A DNA stretch of 64,000 bases from Parvibaculum sp. (GCA_002695905.1 NZQM01000204.1:830-64829), one strand, 5' to 3'. Numbered from the stretch's first letter, positions 45,692 to 58,632 are shown. Notes: generated by a model from the letters alone, not told the origin. Numbers and translations are program-made.

Positions 45692-46396
45692 CTACAGGTT
45701 TCGGTCTTTTGCGATCCGCTCATAGGCGGTGTTGATCGATTTTATTTTCTCTTCGGCAAGGTGGTGAAACTCTTCCGGCACACCACGCGCAATCATCATG
45801 TCAGGGTGATTTTCGCGAACGAGGCGTCGATAGGCAGATTTAAGTTCCTCGTCGGACACATCCGCCGAAATGCCCAAGATCAAGAATGGATCTTCTCCAT
45901 CCGGCCCCAGGTGGCTGGCTTTGATGCGGGCATATTCAAGCTCAGAAAATCCGAAAATATCAGCAACCTGTTGAAGAAAAGCGAGCTCGCCATCGTGAAT
46001 GACGTTGTCTGCCTTCGCGATATGGAAGAGGCCATCCAGCACATCCTCCAAAACACCTGGCTTGTCTTTATAGATGCCTGCAACCTGGGCGGCGTAAGCC
46101 TCGAACCCGGCGACATCCTTCTGCGCAATGGAGTAAATGCGCGACACATTCTTCTTTTCGGCGTCAGGCACCTGGAGAATATCTTCAAAGGCCTTCACCT
46201 CGGCTGGGTCGACCACGCCATCGGCTTTCGCCATTTTCGCGGAAAGCCCAATAAGCGCGACTGTGAACACCACCTCATCGTCCCGCAAATTGCGATCAAC
46301 AGCAAAGTGTCCTGCGACAACCCCCGCAAGTGCCCCAATCGGCCCGCCCACAGCGAGTCCGGCAGCAGCCCCGGCTAATTTTCCCCAAATCGACAT
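45692..46396 (-). CDS. DjlA-like co-chaperone (TM, TerB-like and J domain)
   Basis: [16 protein letters not shown] TerB motif; C-terminal J domain with HPD. Confidence 0.9.
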   Translation of the reverse strand: MSIWGKLAGAAAGLAVGGPIGALAGVVAGHFAVDRNLRDDEVVFTVALIGLSAKMAKADGVVDPAEVKAFEDILQVPDAEKKNVSRIYSIAQKDVAGFEAYAAQVAGIYKDKPGVLEDVLDGLFHIAKADNVIHDGELAFLQQVADIFGFSELEYARIKASHLGPDGEDPFLILGISADVSDEELKSAYRRLVRENHPDMMIARGVPEEFHHLAEEKIKSINTAYERIAKDRNL

Positions 46397-46507
46397 GGCG
46401 CGCACCTTAATGGGAAATACCGCACGATGCGAACACCTTTTCTTTCGTCCCCACATTTCCCAGGCGACATGTTTTCTAAAGGGCCAACATATGGCAGGGT
46501 CCGCGCC

Positions 46508-49500
46508 ATGAAAGAGAGTAAACACTGGGACTTCTGGATCGACCGTGGGGGCACCTTCACGGACATTGTCGCCCGCAATCCAAACGGCCAGCTGATTGCG
46601 CACAAGCTCCTGTCAGAAAGTCCAGAGCAATATCAAGACGCCGCGATTCAAGGCATCAGAGAGCTTCTGCAGATCCCGGCAGGAACCCCACTCTCATCAG
46701 ACCTGATCGGCACCGTCAAAATGGGAACGACCGTCGCCACAAACGCGCTGCTAGAGCGCAAAGGCGACCGCGTTCTGTTTCTCACCACCAAGGGCTTCGC
46801 CGACGCGCTCAAGATCGGCTACCAGAACCGTCCCCACCTATTCAAACTAAAGATCGAAAAGCCATCAATGCTTTTCGAAGCGGTCGAGGAAGTGACCGAG
46901 CGCGTTTCAGCAGAAGGTGAGGTCTGGCATCCACTGAACACGGAAGAAACCCGAGAGGCCCTCTTGCGTGCCTATGATGCGGGCATCCGTTCCGTCGCCA
47001 TCTGCTTCATGCACGGCTATCGGTTTCACGACCACGAACAACAGGCCGCCGAAATCGCCAAAGAGATCGGGTTCACCCAAATCTCTGCCAGTCATGACGT
47101 CAGCCCCTTGATGAAATTTGTGGGGCGTAGCGACACCACAGTCGTCGACGCTTACCTCTCCCCCATCCTCCGGCGTTATGTGAATCAAGTTGCCAATGAA
47201 CTCAACGCAGGAAACGACGCCGAAAAAACGAAACTGCTTTTCATGCAGAGTTCTGGCGGCCTGACAGACGCCGCCCTGTTTCAGGGCAAGGACGCCATCC
47301 TCTCTGGCCCTGCTGGCGGTGTGATAGGCGCTGTGGAAACGGCCGCCCTGGCAGGGTTCGACAAGATCATTGGCTTTGACATGGGCGGCACGTCAACCGA
47401 CGTCTGTCACTATGACGGCACCTTAGAACGCACATTTGAGACAGAGGTCGCGGGCGTTCGCCTCCGCGCGCCCATGATGCAGATCCACACAGTGGCGGCT
47501 GGCGGTGGTTCGATCCTCACTTTCGATGGCGCGCGGCTCAGAGCAGGCCCACGCAGTGCCGGCGCCGACCCAGGCCCTGTCAGTTATCGTCGCGGGGGGC
47601 CCCTTACCGTGACCGATGCCAATGTCGCCCTTGGCAGGCTCATGCCCGATCTCTTTCCAAAAGTCTTTGGACCCGAGGCAAACATGCCGCTGGACAGGGA
47701 AGCCGCGTTGCAGGGGTTTTCAGAGCAGGCTGCGAACATTGCAAGCCAATCGCCGGAAGAGGTCGCCGATGGCTATTTGTCCATCGCAGTCGAAAGCATG
47801 GCCCAGGCAATCAAAAAGATTTCGGTTCAGCGCGGCTATGACGTCACCGGCTACGCCCTTGCCTGTTTCGGCGGTGCCGGAGGCCAACATGCCTGTCTTG
47901 TCGCAGACGCACTGGGCATGGAAAAGATCCACTTTCATCCCTTCTCCGGCATTCTGTCAGCCTATGGAATGGGTCTGGCGAGCATCCGCGCAACACGGGA
48001 AGAAGCCGTGGAGGAAAAACTCGACCAAGTGTTCTGGGAAACATTCAACTCCATTGAAGAACGGCTGGCGACGGCGACCCGGCAGGAACTTCTGAACCAA
48101 GGACTAAGTGCAGACCAGATCGAGACAATGACACGCCTGCACCTGCGCTATGAGGGAACAGATACCGCCCTCATCCTCGACCATGACTGCGCCGACATGC
48201 GCCACGTGTTCGAGCAAGCACACCAGCTTCAATTCGGCTTCTTTGACAAAGACCGCGCCATCATTGTCGAAGCCATCTCGGTGGAGGCCATTGGTCGCGA
48301 CACACGTGTTGACGAGGCCCCACCACAGCTTGCTGTCAGAATGGGTGCCGCAACACCAGACCAAACAACGCGTTTCTTCTCACAAGGGAAATGGCATGAG
48401 GCGCCCGTTTATTTGCGGGAACACTTGCGCCCTGGTGACCAACTCAGCGGTCCCTGCCTCATCATTGAGCCCACAGCCACCATTGTTGTCGAAGACGGAT
48501 GGAGCGCAGAGATAACCGACCTCAACCATATGGTCCTGACGCGCATAACCGCTCGCGCCAAACGACACGCCGTCGGCACACAGGCAGACCCTGTAATGCT
48601 GGAAATTTTCAACAACCTCTTTATGTCTATTGCTGAGCAGATGGGGTTCACGCTGCAAAAGACCGCCCATTCGGTGAACATCAAAGAACGCTTGGATTTC
48701 TCCTGCGCCGTCTTTGACCGGACCGGCGGGCTGGTGTCGAACGCGCCTCATATGCCCGTTCACCTGGGGTCTATGGGCGCCAGCGTCAAAACAATCATTG
48801 ACCAAAACCCGGATATGAAGCCCGGCGACGTCTTTGTTTTGAACGCCCCTTATAATGGCGGAACGCACCTGCCTGACATTACGGTTGTGGCCCCGGTGTA
48901 TGATGAGGAAGACGAGACACGCCTCTTCTATGTGGCCGCACGTGGTCATCATGCTGATATTGGCGGCATCGCACCTGGGTCCATGCCTGCCTCGTCACGA
49001 AGCGTCGAAGATGAGGGCGTCCTGATCGACAATTTTAAACTCATGGATCAGGGAACCTTCCGCGAAGACGAACTCCGGCACTTACTGACAGACGCAGCTT
49101 ACCCCGCCCGCAATCCGGATCAGAACATTGCTGACCTTCGTGCCAAAGCCGCAGCCTGCGAGAAAGGCGCACAAGAACTGCGAAAAATGGTCGAGCAATA
49201 TGGGCTGGACGTGGTGAATGCCTATATGGGACACGTTCAGGACAATGCTGAGGAAAGTGTCCGCCGCATCATTGCAAACCTGTCAGACAGTTCCTTTGAA
49301 CAGAAGATGGACGATGGATCCGTCATCAAGGTGGCGATCAGCGTCGACAAAGACACACGATCCGCCACCGTCGATTTCACCGGCACCAGCGCAATCAGGC
49401 CCAACAATCTGAATGCACCCTCATCCATCTGCCGCGCCGCTGTCCTCTATGTGTTTCGGTGCATGGTAGATGATGACATCCCCCTCAACGACGGATGCCT

Positions 49501-50110
49501 CAAACCTCTCACCCTCATCATCCCCGAAGGCTCAATGCTGAACCCCACCTATCCCGCAGCGGTCGTCGGCGGCAATGTGGAAACCAGTCAGGCGGTGACC
49601 GACGCGCTCTTCGGTGCGCTGGGCGCCATGGCTGCAGCGCAGGGCACCATGAACAACCTCACCTTCGGCAATGACGCCTATCAGTATTACGAAACCATTT
49701 GCGGCGGCGCCGGTGCCGGACCGGACTTTGACGGCGCGGATGCTGTCCACACCCATATGACCAACTCGCGGCTCACCGACCCGGAGATACTGGAGTGGCG
49801 CTTTCCTGTCGTGCTGGATGATTTTTCTATTCGGCCGGAGACTGGCGGAGCTGGCAAACATAGTGGTGGAGACGGTGTCCACAGAGCCATTCGGTTCCGC
49901 GAGCCGATGCATGTCTCCATTCTCTCGAGCCATCGCCAGATCGCACCAACCGGTCTTGACGGAGGCGCTGACGCAGCGTTGGGGCACAACACAGTGCTGC
50001 GCGCCGACGGCACCCGTGAGATATTGGACAGTCTTGCAGAATGTGATGTGCAGGCAGGCGACACGATTATCATCGAGACACCCGGCGGTGGCGGATACGG
50101 CAAGTCCTAA
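46508..50110 (+). CDS. Single-chain ATP-dependent 5-oxoprolinase (hydantoinase A+B fusion)
   Basis: [54 protein letters not shown]. Confidence 0.94.
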   Translation: MKESKHWDFWIDRGGTFTDIVARNPNGQLIAHKLLSESPEQYQDAAIQGIRELLQIPAGTPLSSDLIGTVKMGTTVATNALLERKGDRVLFLTTKGFADALKIGYQNRPHLFKLKIEKPSMLFEAVEEVTERVSAEGEVWHPLNTEETREALLRAYDAGIRSVAICFMHGYRFHDHEQQAAEIAKEIGFTQISASHDVSPLMKFVGRSDTTVVDAYLSPILRRYVNQVANELNAGNDAEKTKLLFMQSSGGLTDAALFQGKDAILSGPAGGVIGAVETAALAGFDKIIGFDMGGTSTDVCHYDGTLERTFETEVAGVRLRAPMMQIHTVAAGGGSILTFDGARLRAGPRSAGADPGPVSYRRGGPLTVTDANVALGRLMPDLFPKVFGPEANMPLDREAALQGFSEQAANIASQSPEEVADGYLSIAVESMAQAIKKISVQRGYDVTGYALACFGGAGGQHACLVADALGMEKIHFHPFSGILSAYGMGLASIRATREEAVEEKLDQVFWETFNSIEERLATATRQELLNQGLSADQIETMTRLHLRYEGTDTALILDHDCADMRHVFEQAHQLQFGFFDKDRAIIVEAISVEAIGRDTRVDEAPPQLAVRMGAATPDQTTRFFSQGKWHEAPVYLREHLRPGDQLSGPCLIIEPTATIVVEDGWSAEITDLNHMVLTRITARAKRHAVGTQADPVMLEIFNNLFMSIAEQMGFTLQKTAHSVNIKERLDFSCAVFDRTGGLVSNAPHMPVHLGSMGASVKTIIDQNPDMKPGDVFVLNAPYNGGTHLPDITVVAPVYDEEDETRLFYVAARGHHADIGGIAPGSMPASSRSVEDEGVLIDNFKLMDQGTFREDELRHLLTDAAYPARNPDQNIADLRAKAAACEKGAQELRKMVEQYGLDVVNAYMGHVQDNAEESVRRIIANLSDSSFEQKMDDGSVIKVAISVDKDTRSATVDFTGTSAIRPNNLNAPSSICRAAVLYVFRCMVDDDIPLNDGCLKPLTLIIPEGSMLNPTYPAAVVGGNVETSQAVTDALFGALGAMAAAQGTMNNLTFGNDAYQYYETICGGAGAGPDFDGADAVHTHMTNSRLTDPEILEWRFPVVLDDFSIRPETGGAGKHSGGDGVHRAIRFREPMHVSILSSHRQIAPTGLDGGADAALGHNTVLRADGTREILDSLAECDVQAGDTIIIETPGGGGYGKS

Positions 50111-50324
50111 AGACGGTCCCCGCCAGCATGATGAGCTTCAGGAAAAGTTTGGCAGCCTCTGCCAATGGTCGGAAAAATGGGTCGCTCTATCCTCGAACGT
50201 TTGACGGAAGCTATGTCCCAATCAGAACCAACGGTTGCGCGACGGGGAACCACTTGGCTCCCCCATGGAAGTCTGATGTCCCATCCACTATGTTGAGCCC
50301 TCAACAAACTGGAGAGCACATCCG

Positions 50325-50867
50325 ATGGCACAGCAGTTTCAGGAACTGGCAGCAGCGCACACCAAGTTCATCGAAAAGCAGAAGATCTTCTTTGTGGCGA
50401 CTGCCGCCACAGAAGGTCGGGTCAACCTCTCTCCCAAGGGCCATGACAGCCTCAAGATCACCGGACCAAATGAACTCATCTGGATGAACCTCACCGGGTC
50501 CGGCAATGAAACCGCTGCGCATCTTGCCGACACCAACCGCATGACCATCATGTGGTGCGCCTTTGACGGCCCGCCGCGCATCCTCCGTGTTTATGGGGAA
50601 GCGGAAACCATCCACCCACGGGACCCAGCCTGGGAGGCATCTGAAAAACTCATTCCCGCCGAAACAGGGTCACGCCAGTATTACAAAATGAAGATCGACC
50701 TGGTGCAGACCAGCTGCGGCTATGCCGTCCCCCTCTTCGACTATAAGGGTGACCGCGACGTGCTGCGCGCCTGGGCCGACAAAAAAGGCCGCGATGGCGT
50801 GGAAGACTATTGGGACGAGAAAAACCAGACCAGCATCGACGGCCTGCCGACTGGGGTGTTGGGGTAG
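50325..50867 (+). CDS. Pyridoxamine 5'-phosphate oxidase-like FMN-binding split-barrel protein
   Basis: FFVATA, VNLSPKG, GSGNETAAH, SCGYAVP; GGAG RBS. Confidence 0.88.
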   Translation: MAQQFQELAAAHTKFIEKQKIFFVATAATEGRVNLSPKGHDSLKITGPNELIWMNLTGSGNETAAHLADTNRMTIMWCAFDGPPRILRVYGEAETIHPRDPAWEASEKLIPAETGSRQYYKMKIDLVQTSCGYAVPLFDYKGDRDVLRAWADKKGRDGVEDYWDEKNQTSIDGLPTGVLG

Positions 50868-51051
50868 CATCCAGCGGCCCCAAAACCACCGACAGAGCGC
50901 CAGCCTTAGCCAACACTCCGTCTTGTCGCGTTTGTGGTGGGAACGCGACGGGACCGCAAAAAATGCGGGCTGGGTTAGCCCGCTGCGCGCATCTCTGCGA
51001 GGAACGCATCCACCCGTTCCTCAAGCGCGCGCGCTGAAAAAATCGGAGGAA

Positions 51052-53709
51052 TTACCGCCCTGGCGCATAATTGAGGACAGGCGCCAACCAGCGTTCGGTC
51101 TCATCGACGCTCATGCCTTTGCGCGCCGCATAGTCTTCCACCTGGTCTTTCTCAACCCGCCCTACACCAAAGTAGTAGCTGTCAGGGTGGGAGAAATAGA
51201 GCCCGGAAACAGACGAACCAGGCCACATGGCACAGCTTTCCGTGAGTGTAATGCCTGTCCGCTGCTCAGCTTCCAGAAGACGGAACAGCGTCCGCTTTTC
51301 GGTATGGTCCGGTTGTGCTGGATAGCCTGGCGCCGGGCGGATGCCGTGGTATTTCTCGGCAATCAGGTCTTCCGTAGAAAGACTACCTTCATCTGCATAA
51401 CCCCAGAACTCGCGGCGCACCCTTGCATGTAGATATTCTGCAAAGGCTTCTGCAAACCTGTCAGCAAGCGCCTGCATCAGAATTTTGGAATAGTCATCAT
51501 TCGCCGCATCAAACCGCGCCACATGCTCGTCCTCGCCATGACCTGCAGTCACAGCAAACCCGCCCACATAATCGTGGATTCCCTGCTCTGCCACAAAGTC
51601 GGCAAGCGCAACATGAGCCCGATCATTCTTCCGCGCCATCTGCTGACGCAGCGTGTGGAACATGGCAAGGCGATTCTCGCGCGTATCATCAGTATAGAGC
51701 TCAATATCGTCTTCCGCGGTCCGGTTTGCCGGCCAAAAGCCCACCACCCCCTTAGGCGAGAGCCATTTTTCGCTCACCATTTGATCAAGCAACTTTTGCG
51801 CATCATCGAAAAGCTGGTTTGCAGCCTTCCCCATCTTGTCGTCGGTCAAAATGCGCGGATAGCTGCCCTTCATTTCCCAGGTGGCAAAGAAAGGTGTCCA
51901 ATCAATGTAGGGGACCAAGCCTTCCAATGAGACATCATTAATCGTCTTCAGTCCAAGGAAGGTCGGCTTCGGCGGCACATATTCCGCAAAATCAATAGCA
52001 AAGTGATTGGCCCGGGCATCTGCCAGCGACAGCCGTTCGCCCTTGGCTTGACCCCGAGCATGAGCTTCGGCCATTTGGCTATATTCTTCGGCAATACCTG
52101 TTTTGTATTGATCCGCCTGCGTGTCTGAGAGAAGTGAATTTGCAACGCCAACCGCCCGACTGGCATCTGGCACATAGACCGCCTGGCCTTTATCATAATT
52201 GGGGTGGATTTTCACCGCCGTATGCACACGGCTTGTGGTCGCGCCACCGATCAGTAGCGGCACATTAAAGTCCTGCCGTTCCATCTCGGCCGCCACGTGG
52301 CACATTTCATCAAGGCTCGGCGTGATGAGACCGGAAAGCCCGATAATGTCGACATTCTCTTCTTTGGCGGTTTCAAGGATCTTTGCGGCAGGCACCATAA
52401 CGCCCAGGTCAATCACCTTGTAATTGTTACATTGCAGCACGACACCCACGATGTTCTTACCAATATCGTGCACATCGCCCTTCACCGTCGCCATCAGGAT
52501 GGTGCCGTTCGAAGAATCTTCTGTAATGCCAAGCTCTTCTTTTTCCTTCTCCATATAAGGCATGAGATAGGCCACGGCCTGTTTCATCACACGGGCGGAC
52601 TTCACCACCTGCGGCAGAAACATCTTACCTGCCCCGAACAAGTCGCCCACCACATTCATCCCATCCATCAATGGACCTTCGATCACATGAAGGGGGCGCT
52701 CGGCTTCCTGCCGGGCTTCTTCTGTGTCTTCTTCAATAAAAGCGGTAATCCCGTTTACAAGCGCATGGCGCAGACGGTCTTTCACCGGCACTTCGCGCCA
52801 GGAAAGGTCCTCCACCTTTTTCTTACCGCCCTCACCTTTATATTGCTCTGCCACATCAAGCAGGCGCTCCGTCGCATCATCACGGCGGTTGAGGATGACA
52901 TCTTCGACGGCGTCTCTGAGCTCTGAGGGAATGTCCTCGTAAATTGCGAGCTGACCCGCATTCACAATACCCATATCCATGCCGGCTTTGATGGCATGAT
53001 AGAGAAAAACGGAATGCATCGCCTCGCGCACTGCATTGTTGCCACGGAAGGAGAACGAAACGTTGGAAACACCGCCGGACACGTGACAGTGCGGCAGGTT
53101 TTCCTTAATCCGGCGTGTCCCTTCGATGAAAGCGACGCCATAATCATTATGTTCTTCGATACCGGTCGCGACGGCAAAGATGTTGGGGTCGAAAATAATG
53201 TCTTCCGGTGGCAAGCCGACCGTCTCGGTCAACAGCTTGTAGGAACGTTCACAGATCTCAAACTTCCGGTCAGCCGTATCCGCCTGACCTTCCGTGTCGA
53301 ACGCCATCACGACAACAGCCGCGCCATAGGCTTTGACCTTACGCGCCTGTTCGAGGAAAGGCTCTTCGCCTTCCTTCAATGAAATCGAGTTAACGATCGC
53401 CTTGCCCTGCACGCATTTGAGGCCCGCCTCGATCACATTCCATTTGGACGAGTCGATCATCACTGGAACGCGCGCAATATCGGGCTCTGATGCGATCAGG
53501 TTCATAAAGCGCACCATCGCGGCCTCTGAATCCAACATGCCCTCATCCATGTTGACGTCAATGACCTGCGCGCCATTCTCCACCTGCTGAAGCGCAACAG
53601 CCAGAGCTTCCTCGTAATTATCTTCGAGGATGAGTTTTTTGAATCTCGCCGAACCGGTCACATTGGTTCGTTCGCCCACATTGATAAACGTGGCGGTCTG
53701 ATCAGACAT
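51052..53709 (-). CDS. metH: B12-dependent methionine synthase: pterin-binding, cobalamin-binding and reactivation domains
   Basis: [36 protein letters not shown]. Confidence 0.96.
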   Translation of the reverse strand: MSDQTATFINVGERTNVTGSARFKKLILEDNYEEALAVALQQVENGAQVIDVNMDEGMLDSEAAMVRFMNLIASEPDIARVPVMIDSSKWNVIEAGLKCVQGKAIVNSISLKEGEEPFLEQARKVKAYGAAVVVMAFDTEGQADTADRKFEICERSYKLLTETVGLPPEDIIFDPNIFAVATGIEEHNDYGVAFIEGTRRIKENLPHCHVSGGVSNVSFSFRGNNAVREAMHSVFLYHAIKAGMDMGIVNAGQLAIYEDIPSELRDAVEDVILNRRDDATERLLDVAEQYKGEGGKKKVEDLSWREVPVKDRLRHALVNGITAFIEEDTEEARQEAERPLHVIEGPLMDGMNVVGDLFGAGKMFLPQVVKSARVMKQAVAYLMPYMEKEKEELGITEDSSNGTILMATVKGDVHDIGKNIVGVVLQCNNYKVIDLGVMVPAAKILETAKEENVDIIGLSGLITPSLDEMCHVAAEMERQDFNVPLLIGGATTSRVHTAVKIHPNYDKGQAVYVPDASRAVGVANSLLSDTQADQYKTGIAEEYSQMAEAHARGQAKGERLSLADARANHFAIDFAEYVPPKPTFLGLKTINDVSLEGLVPYIDWTPFFATWEMKGSYPRILTDDKMGKAANQLFDDAQKLLDQMVSEKWLSPKGVVGFWPANRTAEDDIELYTDDTRENRLAMFHTLRQQMARKNDRAHVALADFVAEQGIHDYVGGFAVTAGHGEDEHVARFDAANDDYSKILMQALADRFAEAFAEYLHARVRREFWGYADEGSLSTEDLIAEKYHGIRPAPGYPAQPDHTEKRTLFRLLEAEQRTGITLTESCAMWPGSSVSGLYFSHPDSYYFGVGRVEKDQVEDYAARKGMSVDETERWLAPVLNYAPGR

Positions 53710-53720
53710 GTACTGTATTC

Positions 53721-54794
53721 CTATCCGTGCACGAAGGGCTCAAGACCCGATAAGCGCATGCGAGTTTCTATCTGGGGTATTTCGCGGGGTGCCGCTGTCG
53801 AAACCGCCTCTGTGATCGCTGCAATATGTTCTGGCGTCGAGCCGCAACAGCCCCCGACAATATTGACCAACCCGCTTTCCGCATATTCACCAACAAGGTC
53901 AGCCATTTCTTTGGCCGATTGGTCATATTCCCCGAACTCGTTAGGCAAACCTGCATTGGGATGCGCTGACACATTTACATCTGTGATCCGGGACAATGTA
54001 TCCACATATTGCCGAAGTTGTTCAGCCCCGAGCGCACAATTAAGGCCGATCGAGAACGGCTTCACATGGCGCACAGAATACCAAAAGGCTTCGACTGTCT
54101 GTCCGGAGAGCAAACGCCCCGACGCATCTGTAATGGTGCCAGAAATCATCACCGGCAACTCAATACCTGTTTCAGCAAAGACGTTCTGGATCGCAACCAA
54201 AGCCGCCTTGGCGTTCAGCGTATCAAAAATCGTCTCGACCATAATTGTGTCTGACCCGCCTTCAATCAGGCCGCGTGTCGCCTCTGCATAGGCGTCTTCC
54301 AGCGCATCAAAAGTGATATTCCGAAAACCAGGATCGTTGACATCAGGTGACAGCGAAGCTGTCCGCGGCGTGGGCCCGAGCGTACCCACCACATAGCGGA
54401 CACGTCCATCTTCCTCTTCGGCAATGTCCGCGGCTTCGCGCGCGATCGCAGCACTTGCGACATTCATCTCATAAGCCAAATGTTCCAGCTCATAGTCACC
54501 CTGGGCAACGGAGTTGGAGCCAAACGTGTTCGTCTCCGCGAAATCTGCGCCCGCACGGAAATAGTTCAGGTGAATTTCACGGATCACGTCAGGACGTGTG
54601 AGCGACAGGAGCTCATTGTCACCCTTCACATCCACATGATGGTCTTTGAGAATATCACCGCGATAGTCGGCTTCTTCCAGCCCATACCCCTGGATGAGCG
54701 ATCCCATTGCACCATCCAGCACCAAAATCCGTTTTTTTACGGCACGTTTGAGCTCTGCAATACGCTCTTTTCGTTCTTTATTGTCTACAGTCAT
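53721..54794 (-). CDS. Homocysteine-binding module of a split MetH
   Basis: LDGAMG, ETNTF, GLNCALG and GGCCG Zn ligands; ends RLSGLEP. Confidence 0.95.
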   Translation of the reverse strand: MTVDNKERKERIAELKRAVKKRILVLDGAMGSLIQGYGLEEADYRGDILKDHHVDVKGDNELLSLTRPDVIREIHLNYFRAGADFAETNTFGSNSVAQGDYELEHLAYEMNVASAAIAREAADIAEEEDGRVRYVVGTLGPTPRTASLSPDVNDPGFRNITFDALEDAYAEATRGLIEGGSDTIMVETIFDTLNAKAALVAIQNVFAETGIELPVMISGTITDASGRLLSGQTVEAFWYSVRHVKPFSIGLNCALGAEQLRQYVDTLSRITDVNVSAHPNAGLPNEFGEYDQSAKEMADLVGEYAESGLVNIVGGCCGSTPEHIAAITEAVSTAAPREIPQIETRMRLSGLEPFVHG

Positions 54795-54807
54795 AAGCAG
54801 ACCTCCT

Positions 54808-55695
54808 TCAGGAAACCGCAACGGGCTTGTAGCCGAGGATGTGGCAGATCGCATAGGTGAGATCTGCCTGATTGAGTGTGTAGAGATGGAAATCCCTGAA
54901 ACCTAAACGTTCAAGGTCATGAACCTGTTCCGCCGCAACCGTTGCCGCGATCAGCCGACGGGTCGGTAGATCATCATCCAGGCCGTCATAATAGGCCGCG
55001 AGCCAGTTGGGGATCGTAGCGCCACACCGCTCAGCCATCCGAACCACGCCCTTGAAATTCGTCGTGGGCATGATGCCTGGAATAATCGGAATATCGATGC
55101 CCGCCTTCCGCACCCGTTCCAACAGGTGCTCATAATGCTCCGTCTCAAACGCAAACTGTGCGATGGCACGGGTGGCGCCCTGATCAATCTTGGCTTTCAA
55201 CAAATCAATGTCATGGTCAAAGCTCACGCTCTCCGGATGACGCTCAGGATAGATGCTGACGGTAACCTCAAAGTCACCAATGGCCTTGATGCCGCGCACC
55301 AGGTCTGCGGTGCTCAAATACCCGTCCTCATGCGCTTTGTAAGGACCTTCCATATCCGGCATGTCGCCGCGAATAGCGACGATGTGCCGAACACCGGCAT
55401 CCCAATAGCCCTGGATAACGCCGTCCACCTCTGCTTTCGAAGCCCCAACACAAGTCAGGTGAGCAGCGGGTTTCAAATCGGTTTCATTGACCATCCGCTT
55501 GACCGTCGCATGGGTCCGTTCGCGTGTACTCCCGCCCGCACCATACGTCACCGATACAAAGGCAGGCTGCAACGGCGCCAGACGTTCAATGGCCGCCCAG
55601 AGTTTTTCTTCAGCCTCCGATGTCTTCGGCGGGGAGAATTCGAACGAAACCCGCACATTATCTCGCCCTCTAAACCTGTCTCCTAGGGAACTCAT
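54808..55695 (-). CDS. metF: 5,10-methylenetetrahydrofolate reductase
   Basis: [31 protein letters not shown]. Confidence 0.96.
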   Translation of the reverse strand: MSSLGDRFRGRDNVRVSFEFSPPKTSEAEEKLWAAIERLAPLQPAFVSVTYGAGGSTRERTHATVKRMVNETDLKPAAHLTCVGASKAEVDGVIQGYWDAGVRHIVAIRGDMPDMEGPYKAHEDGYLSTADLVRGIKAIGDFEVTVSIYPERHPESVSFDHDIDLLKAKIDQGATRAIAQFAFETEHYEHLLERVRKAGIDIPIIPGIMPTTNFKGVVRMAERCGATIPNWLAAYYDGLDDDLPTRRLIAATVAAEQVHDLERLGFRDFHLYTLNQADLTYAICHILGYKPVAVS

Positions 55696-56666
55696 ACCGC
55701 CTCTCCTTTTTTGCCACCACCGGTCTCCGCCGGTTTCTCCGCCGCCCAAATCAACACCGTAAGCTTTGCTTCATCACCGTCGGGTGGGAGCGCAACTTCT
55801 TTCACAACCTCAAGTCCGGCACTGCGACACCAATCGCTGATTTCTGCTTTCGCAAAGCCCAGGCGCCGATGCGCTTGTTCATCTCGTAAAAAATCGAGAT
55901 CGTGCGGCGCAAAGTCTGCAATCAACAGACGTCCGCCAGGTGACAGTACCCGCGCCGCTTCTTGTATCGACGCCGCCGGGTCATCGAGATAGTGGAGCAC
56001 CTGATGAAGGGTCACGAGATCAAACTCACCATCGACAAAGGTCAGGTCAAATATGTCTCCCTGACGTACATGCACATGGGTGAGGCCCGCATCGTCAAGC
56101 CGCGTACGCGCAAATGACAACATCTCTGGGCTAAGATCAACGCCCTCCGCACGATCGGCCTTATCGGCAAAAATCTCCAGCATCCGCCCCGTCCCAGTAC
56201 CCAGGTCGAGAATCGCGTTCAGGCGAGAATCAGGCACAAGAGCGGACAGAGCGTCCTCAACCTTTACCTCTGGCACATAAAGCGCCCTGATAAGATCCCA
56301 CTCATCGGCATTTTCCCGGAAAAAGGCGGCGGCCCGCTGAACCCTCGCCTCCTTAACCGACTTCAGCCTCTCCAGATCACGCGCGACGACTGGGTCATCA
56401 GCAGGTAATGCCTGCACCAGGAACTGAACCAGGTCACCCTCACCGGTCTGGTTTGCAAGGCGGTAGAAAACCCAACTGCCCTCTCTAAACCGATCTAGCA
56501 GGCCAGCTTCACAAAGAAGCTTCAGATGTCTGCTGACCCGCGGCTGGCTTTGCCGCAAAATCTGGGTCAGTTCGCTAACGGTGAGTTCGCTCCGCGCAAG
56601 CAGCATCAGCAGCCGAAGCCGAGTTGGCTCCCCCGCAGCGCGCAACCCTGTTAGCAAAGCCTCCAC
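55692..56666 (-). CDS. ArsR HTH plus SAM-methyltransferase-fold regulator (SahR-like)
   Basis: EPTRLRLL...QSQPRVSRHLKLL HTH; LDLGTGTG; heads the metF-metH operon; GAGG RBS before GTG 56666. Confidence 0.9.
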   Translation of the reverse strand: MEALLTGLRAAGEPTRLRLLMLLARSELTVSELTQILRQSQPRVSRHLKLLCEAGLLDRFREGSWVFYRLANQTGEGDLVQFLVQALPADDPVVARDLERLKSVKEARVQRAAAFFRENADEWDLIRALYVPEVKVEDALSALVPDSRLNAILDLGTGTGRMLEIFADKADRAEGVDLSPEMLSFARTRLDDAGLTHVHVRQGDIFDLTFVDGEFDLVTLHQVLHYLDDPAASIQEAARVLSPGGRLLIADFAPHDLDFLRDEQAHRRLGFAKAEISDWCRSAGLEVVKEVALPPDGDEAKLTVLIWAAEKPAETGGGKKGEAV

Positions 56667-56721
56667 CGACCACCTCAAGCTGGGTCCCTACCTTCGGAAC
56701 CATGGAAAATACACCCAGAAC

Positions 56722-56743
56722 GATATATACATATCTTTATGTC
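56722..56743. promoter_or_regulatory. SahR-type imperfect palindromic operator
   Basis: Minus strand GACATAAAGATATGTATATATC; 8 of 11 dyad pairs match; about 55 bp upstream of the regulator. Confidence 0.65.
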
Positions 56744-57078
56744 CAAATTCAAAATAAAAGATGAACTTGATGATCAAGCCACGCCGCTGACAAGCCTCAG
56801 GGTTTCAGAGGTATTTCAGCAACATGGTGCCGATTTCCAACAGAGCGCCCGGCGGCAAGCTGGTTAACGACGCTCAGCACGTGATAGCAAAGATTTGTGT
56901 TTTCTGTAGTGAGTCCCGCCCTATATAGCCTTAAGATCGCCGCCAATTTGGTAAAACCCAGCAATATTCACGGCGAATTAATAGGGTAGGTGCTAGCAAC
57001 GGCGTACCTGTAGAGAGTGACATCGTGCGTGGATGAAGACCACTTCAGACCCGCCGACATTGATGATATAGGAATAAT

Positions 57079-57873
57079 ATGAACATCGAGTTTGGCCGAA
57101 ATTCCCTTAGTTCAATGGTCGCGGTCTTCGGACTGGCCGTCATTCTTTCAGGATGCGCTACGCGCCCAGATACGGCTGATGCCGCTGCTGTTGCCGCTTA
57201 TGAAGAGGCAAACGACCCTATTGAGCCTTTGAACCGCTATTTCTTTGAACTCAACAACTTCCTAGACATCATCCTTCTCCGGCCCTCCGCTGAAATTTAT
57301 GACGGTGTTTTGCCCACCATTGCAAAAGATGGTGTGCGCAACTTTCTTGATAATCTGCGTAGCCCAGTGATCCTCGCCAACGATCTGCTCCAGGGTGAAT
57401 GGGACCGTGCAGGCGACACGACCGCACGGTTCGGCATCAACACGACCGCCGGCGTATTGGGGCTCGGCGATCCGGCAACTGGCTGGGGGTATGCACGACA
57501 TGGTGAAGACTTCGGACAGACCCTGGCGGTTTATGGCGTGGGCGAAGGCCCATATTTTTATGCACCGGTCCTGGGACCCGCCCCGCCCCGTGATCTGGCA
57601 GGCTTCGGTGTCGACCTATTTTTCGACCCGCTCACCTACATCTTCTGGGACAAAGCTTACACAATTCCGGTGACGCGTTTTGTCTTAAATGGCATTGATC
57701 TGCGTGCCCGCAATCTCGATACGCTTGATGAAATTGAGCGCACATCAATCGATTATTATGCTGCCATTCGTTCGCTCTATAGACAGAGCCGTGCGGACGA
57801 AATTCAAAACGGCGTGACTGACATTGAAGCGTTACCGGACATCTCCAATATCGATTTTACTTCACACGAGTAA
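57079..57873 (+). CDS. mlaA: VacJ/MlaA lipoprotein
   Basis: LSGC lipobox; DPIEPLNR, RFGINTT, EDFGQTL. Confidence 0.94.
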   Translation: MNIEFGRNSLSSMVAVFGLAVILSGCATRPDTADAAAVAAYEEANDPIEPLNRYFFELNNFLDIILLRPSAEIYDGVLPTIAKDGVRNFLDNLRSPVILANDLLQGEWDRAGDTTARFGINTTAGVLGLGDPATGWGYARHGEDFGQTLAVYGVGEGPYFYAPVLGPAPPRDLAGFGVDLFFDPLTYIFWDKAYTIPVTRFVLNGIDLRARNLDTLDEIERTSIDYYAAIRSLYRQSRADEIQNGVTDIEALPDISNIDFTSHE

Positions 57874-57921
57874 CGGCATTATCAAGCGGACTTTAGTTCA
57901 AGCGGTAGGAGAGTTGACGAA

Positions 57922-58632
57922 ATGACATTGCAACTATGGCGATCCCCTTCCCCAGCAGTCCGAAATGCTATCATCGGCCTCGTCGTGCTGGTTAGCTTAG
58001 CCTTTATCGCTATGCCTGCGTCTGCGGCGCGGGATGAATCAGCCGAAGCTTTTGTCAATGAGGTCGCCTCAGAGGCGATCGAAATACTGGGACAGGACGG
58101 CTTTACCCCCCAAGAGCTCGAAGCGGCATTCCGCATTTTGTTCGTGGGCAACATGGACGTTCCACGGATCGGATTGTTCGCGTTAGGCCAATATGCACGG
58201 ACACCGACAGCGGAGCAAAAGGCAGAATATCTCGCACTCGTTGAGGAGTTTATCGTCAAGGTCTATGCCAGCCGTCTTTCAGACTATACCGACCAGCAGT
58301 TCGCTGTTCTCTCTTCTCAGCCAAAGGGAAGCAGGGGCAAAGAGGTCATCGTCAGCAGCCAGATAGAGTTCACCACTGGTCGGGCACCGGTGCCCGTCGA
58401 ATGGTGGCTTCTAAAGACCGATGAGGGGTACAAAGTATTCGACGTAAAGGTCTTAGGGATCTGGATGGCGCAGGAGCAGCGCTCTACTTTTATCTCGGTT
58501 ATTCGTAACAATGGCGGCGACTTCTCGTCCCTGCTTGAACATATCAAAACGCAGATCGCGCAAGCCAATCAGGACAGAGATGTCAAAGTAACCGAAGCGG
58601 ACGCCGCAGTAGCGACAGAGTCAACTCAATAA
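57922..58632 (+). CDS. mlaC: MlaC/Ttg2D periplasmic phospholipid-binding protein
   Basis: Signal peptide; FALG, KVFDVKVLGIWM...RSTF; follows mlaA. Confidence 0.88.
   Translation: MTLQLWRSPSPAVRNAIIGLVVLVSLAFIAMPASAARDESAEAFVNEVASEAIEILGQDGFTPQELEAAFRILFVGNMDVPRIGLFALGQYARTPTAEQKAEYLALVEEFIVKVYASRLSDYTDQQFAVLSSQPKGSRGKEVIVSSQIEFTTGRAPVPVEWWLLKTDEGYKVFDVKVLGIWMAQEQRSTFISVIRNNGGDFSSLLEHIKTQIAQANQDRDVKVTEADAAVATESTQ

Noticed and set aside
50110..50324. Spacer ORFs between the oxoprolinase and the PNPOx-like gene
   Set aside because: No motif or convincing RBS, and they overlap real genes
57079..58632. mlaA-mlaC without mlaFEDB
   Set aside because: A separated arrangement is, to my knowledge, usual in Alphaproteobacteria
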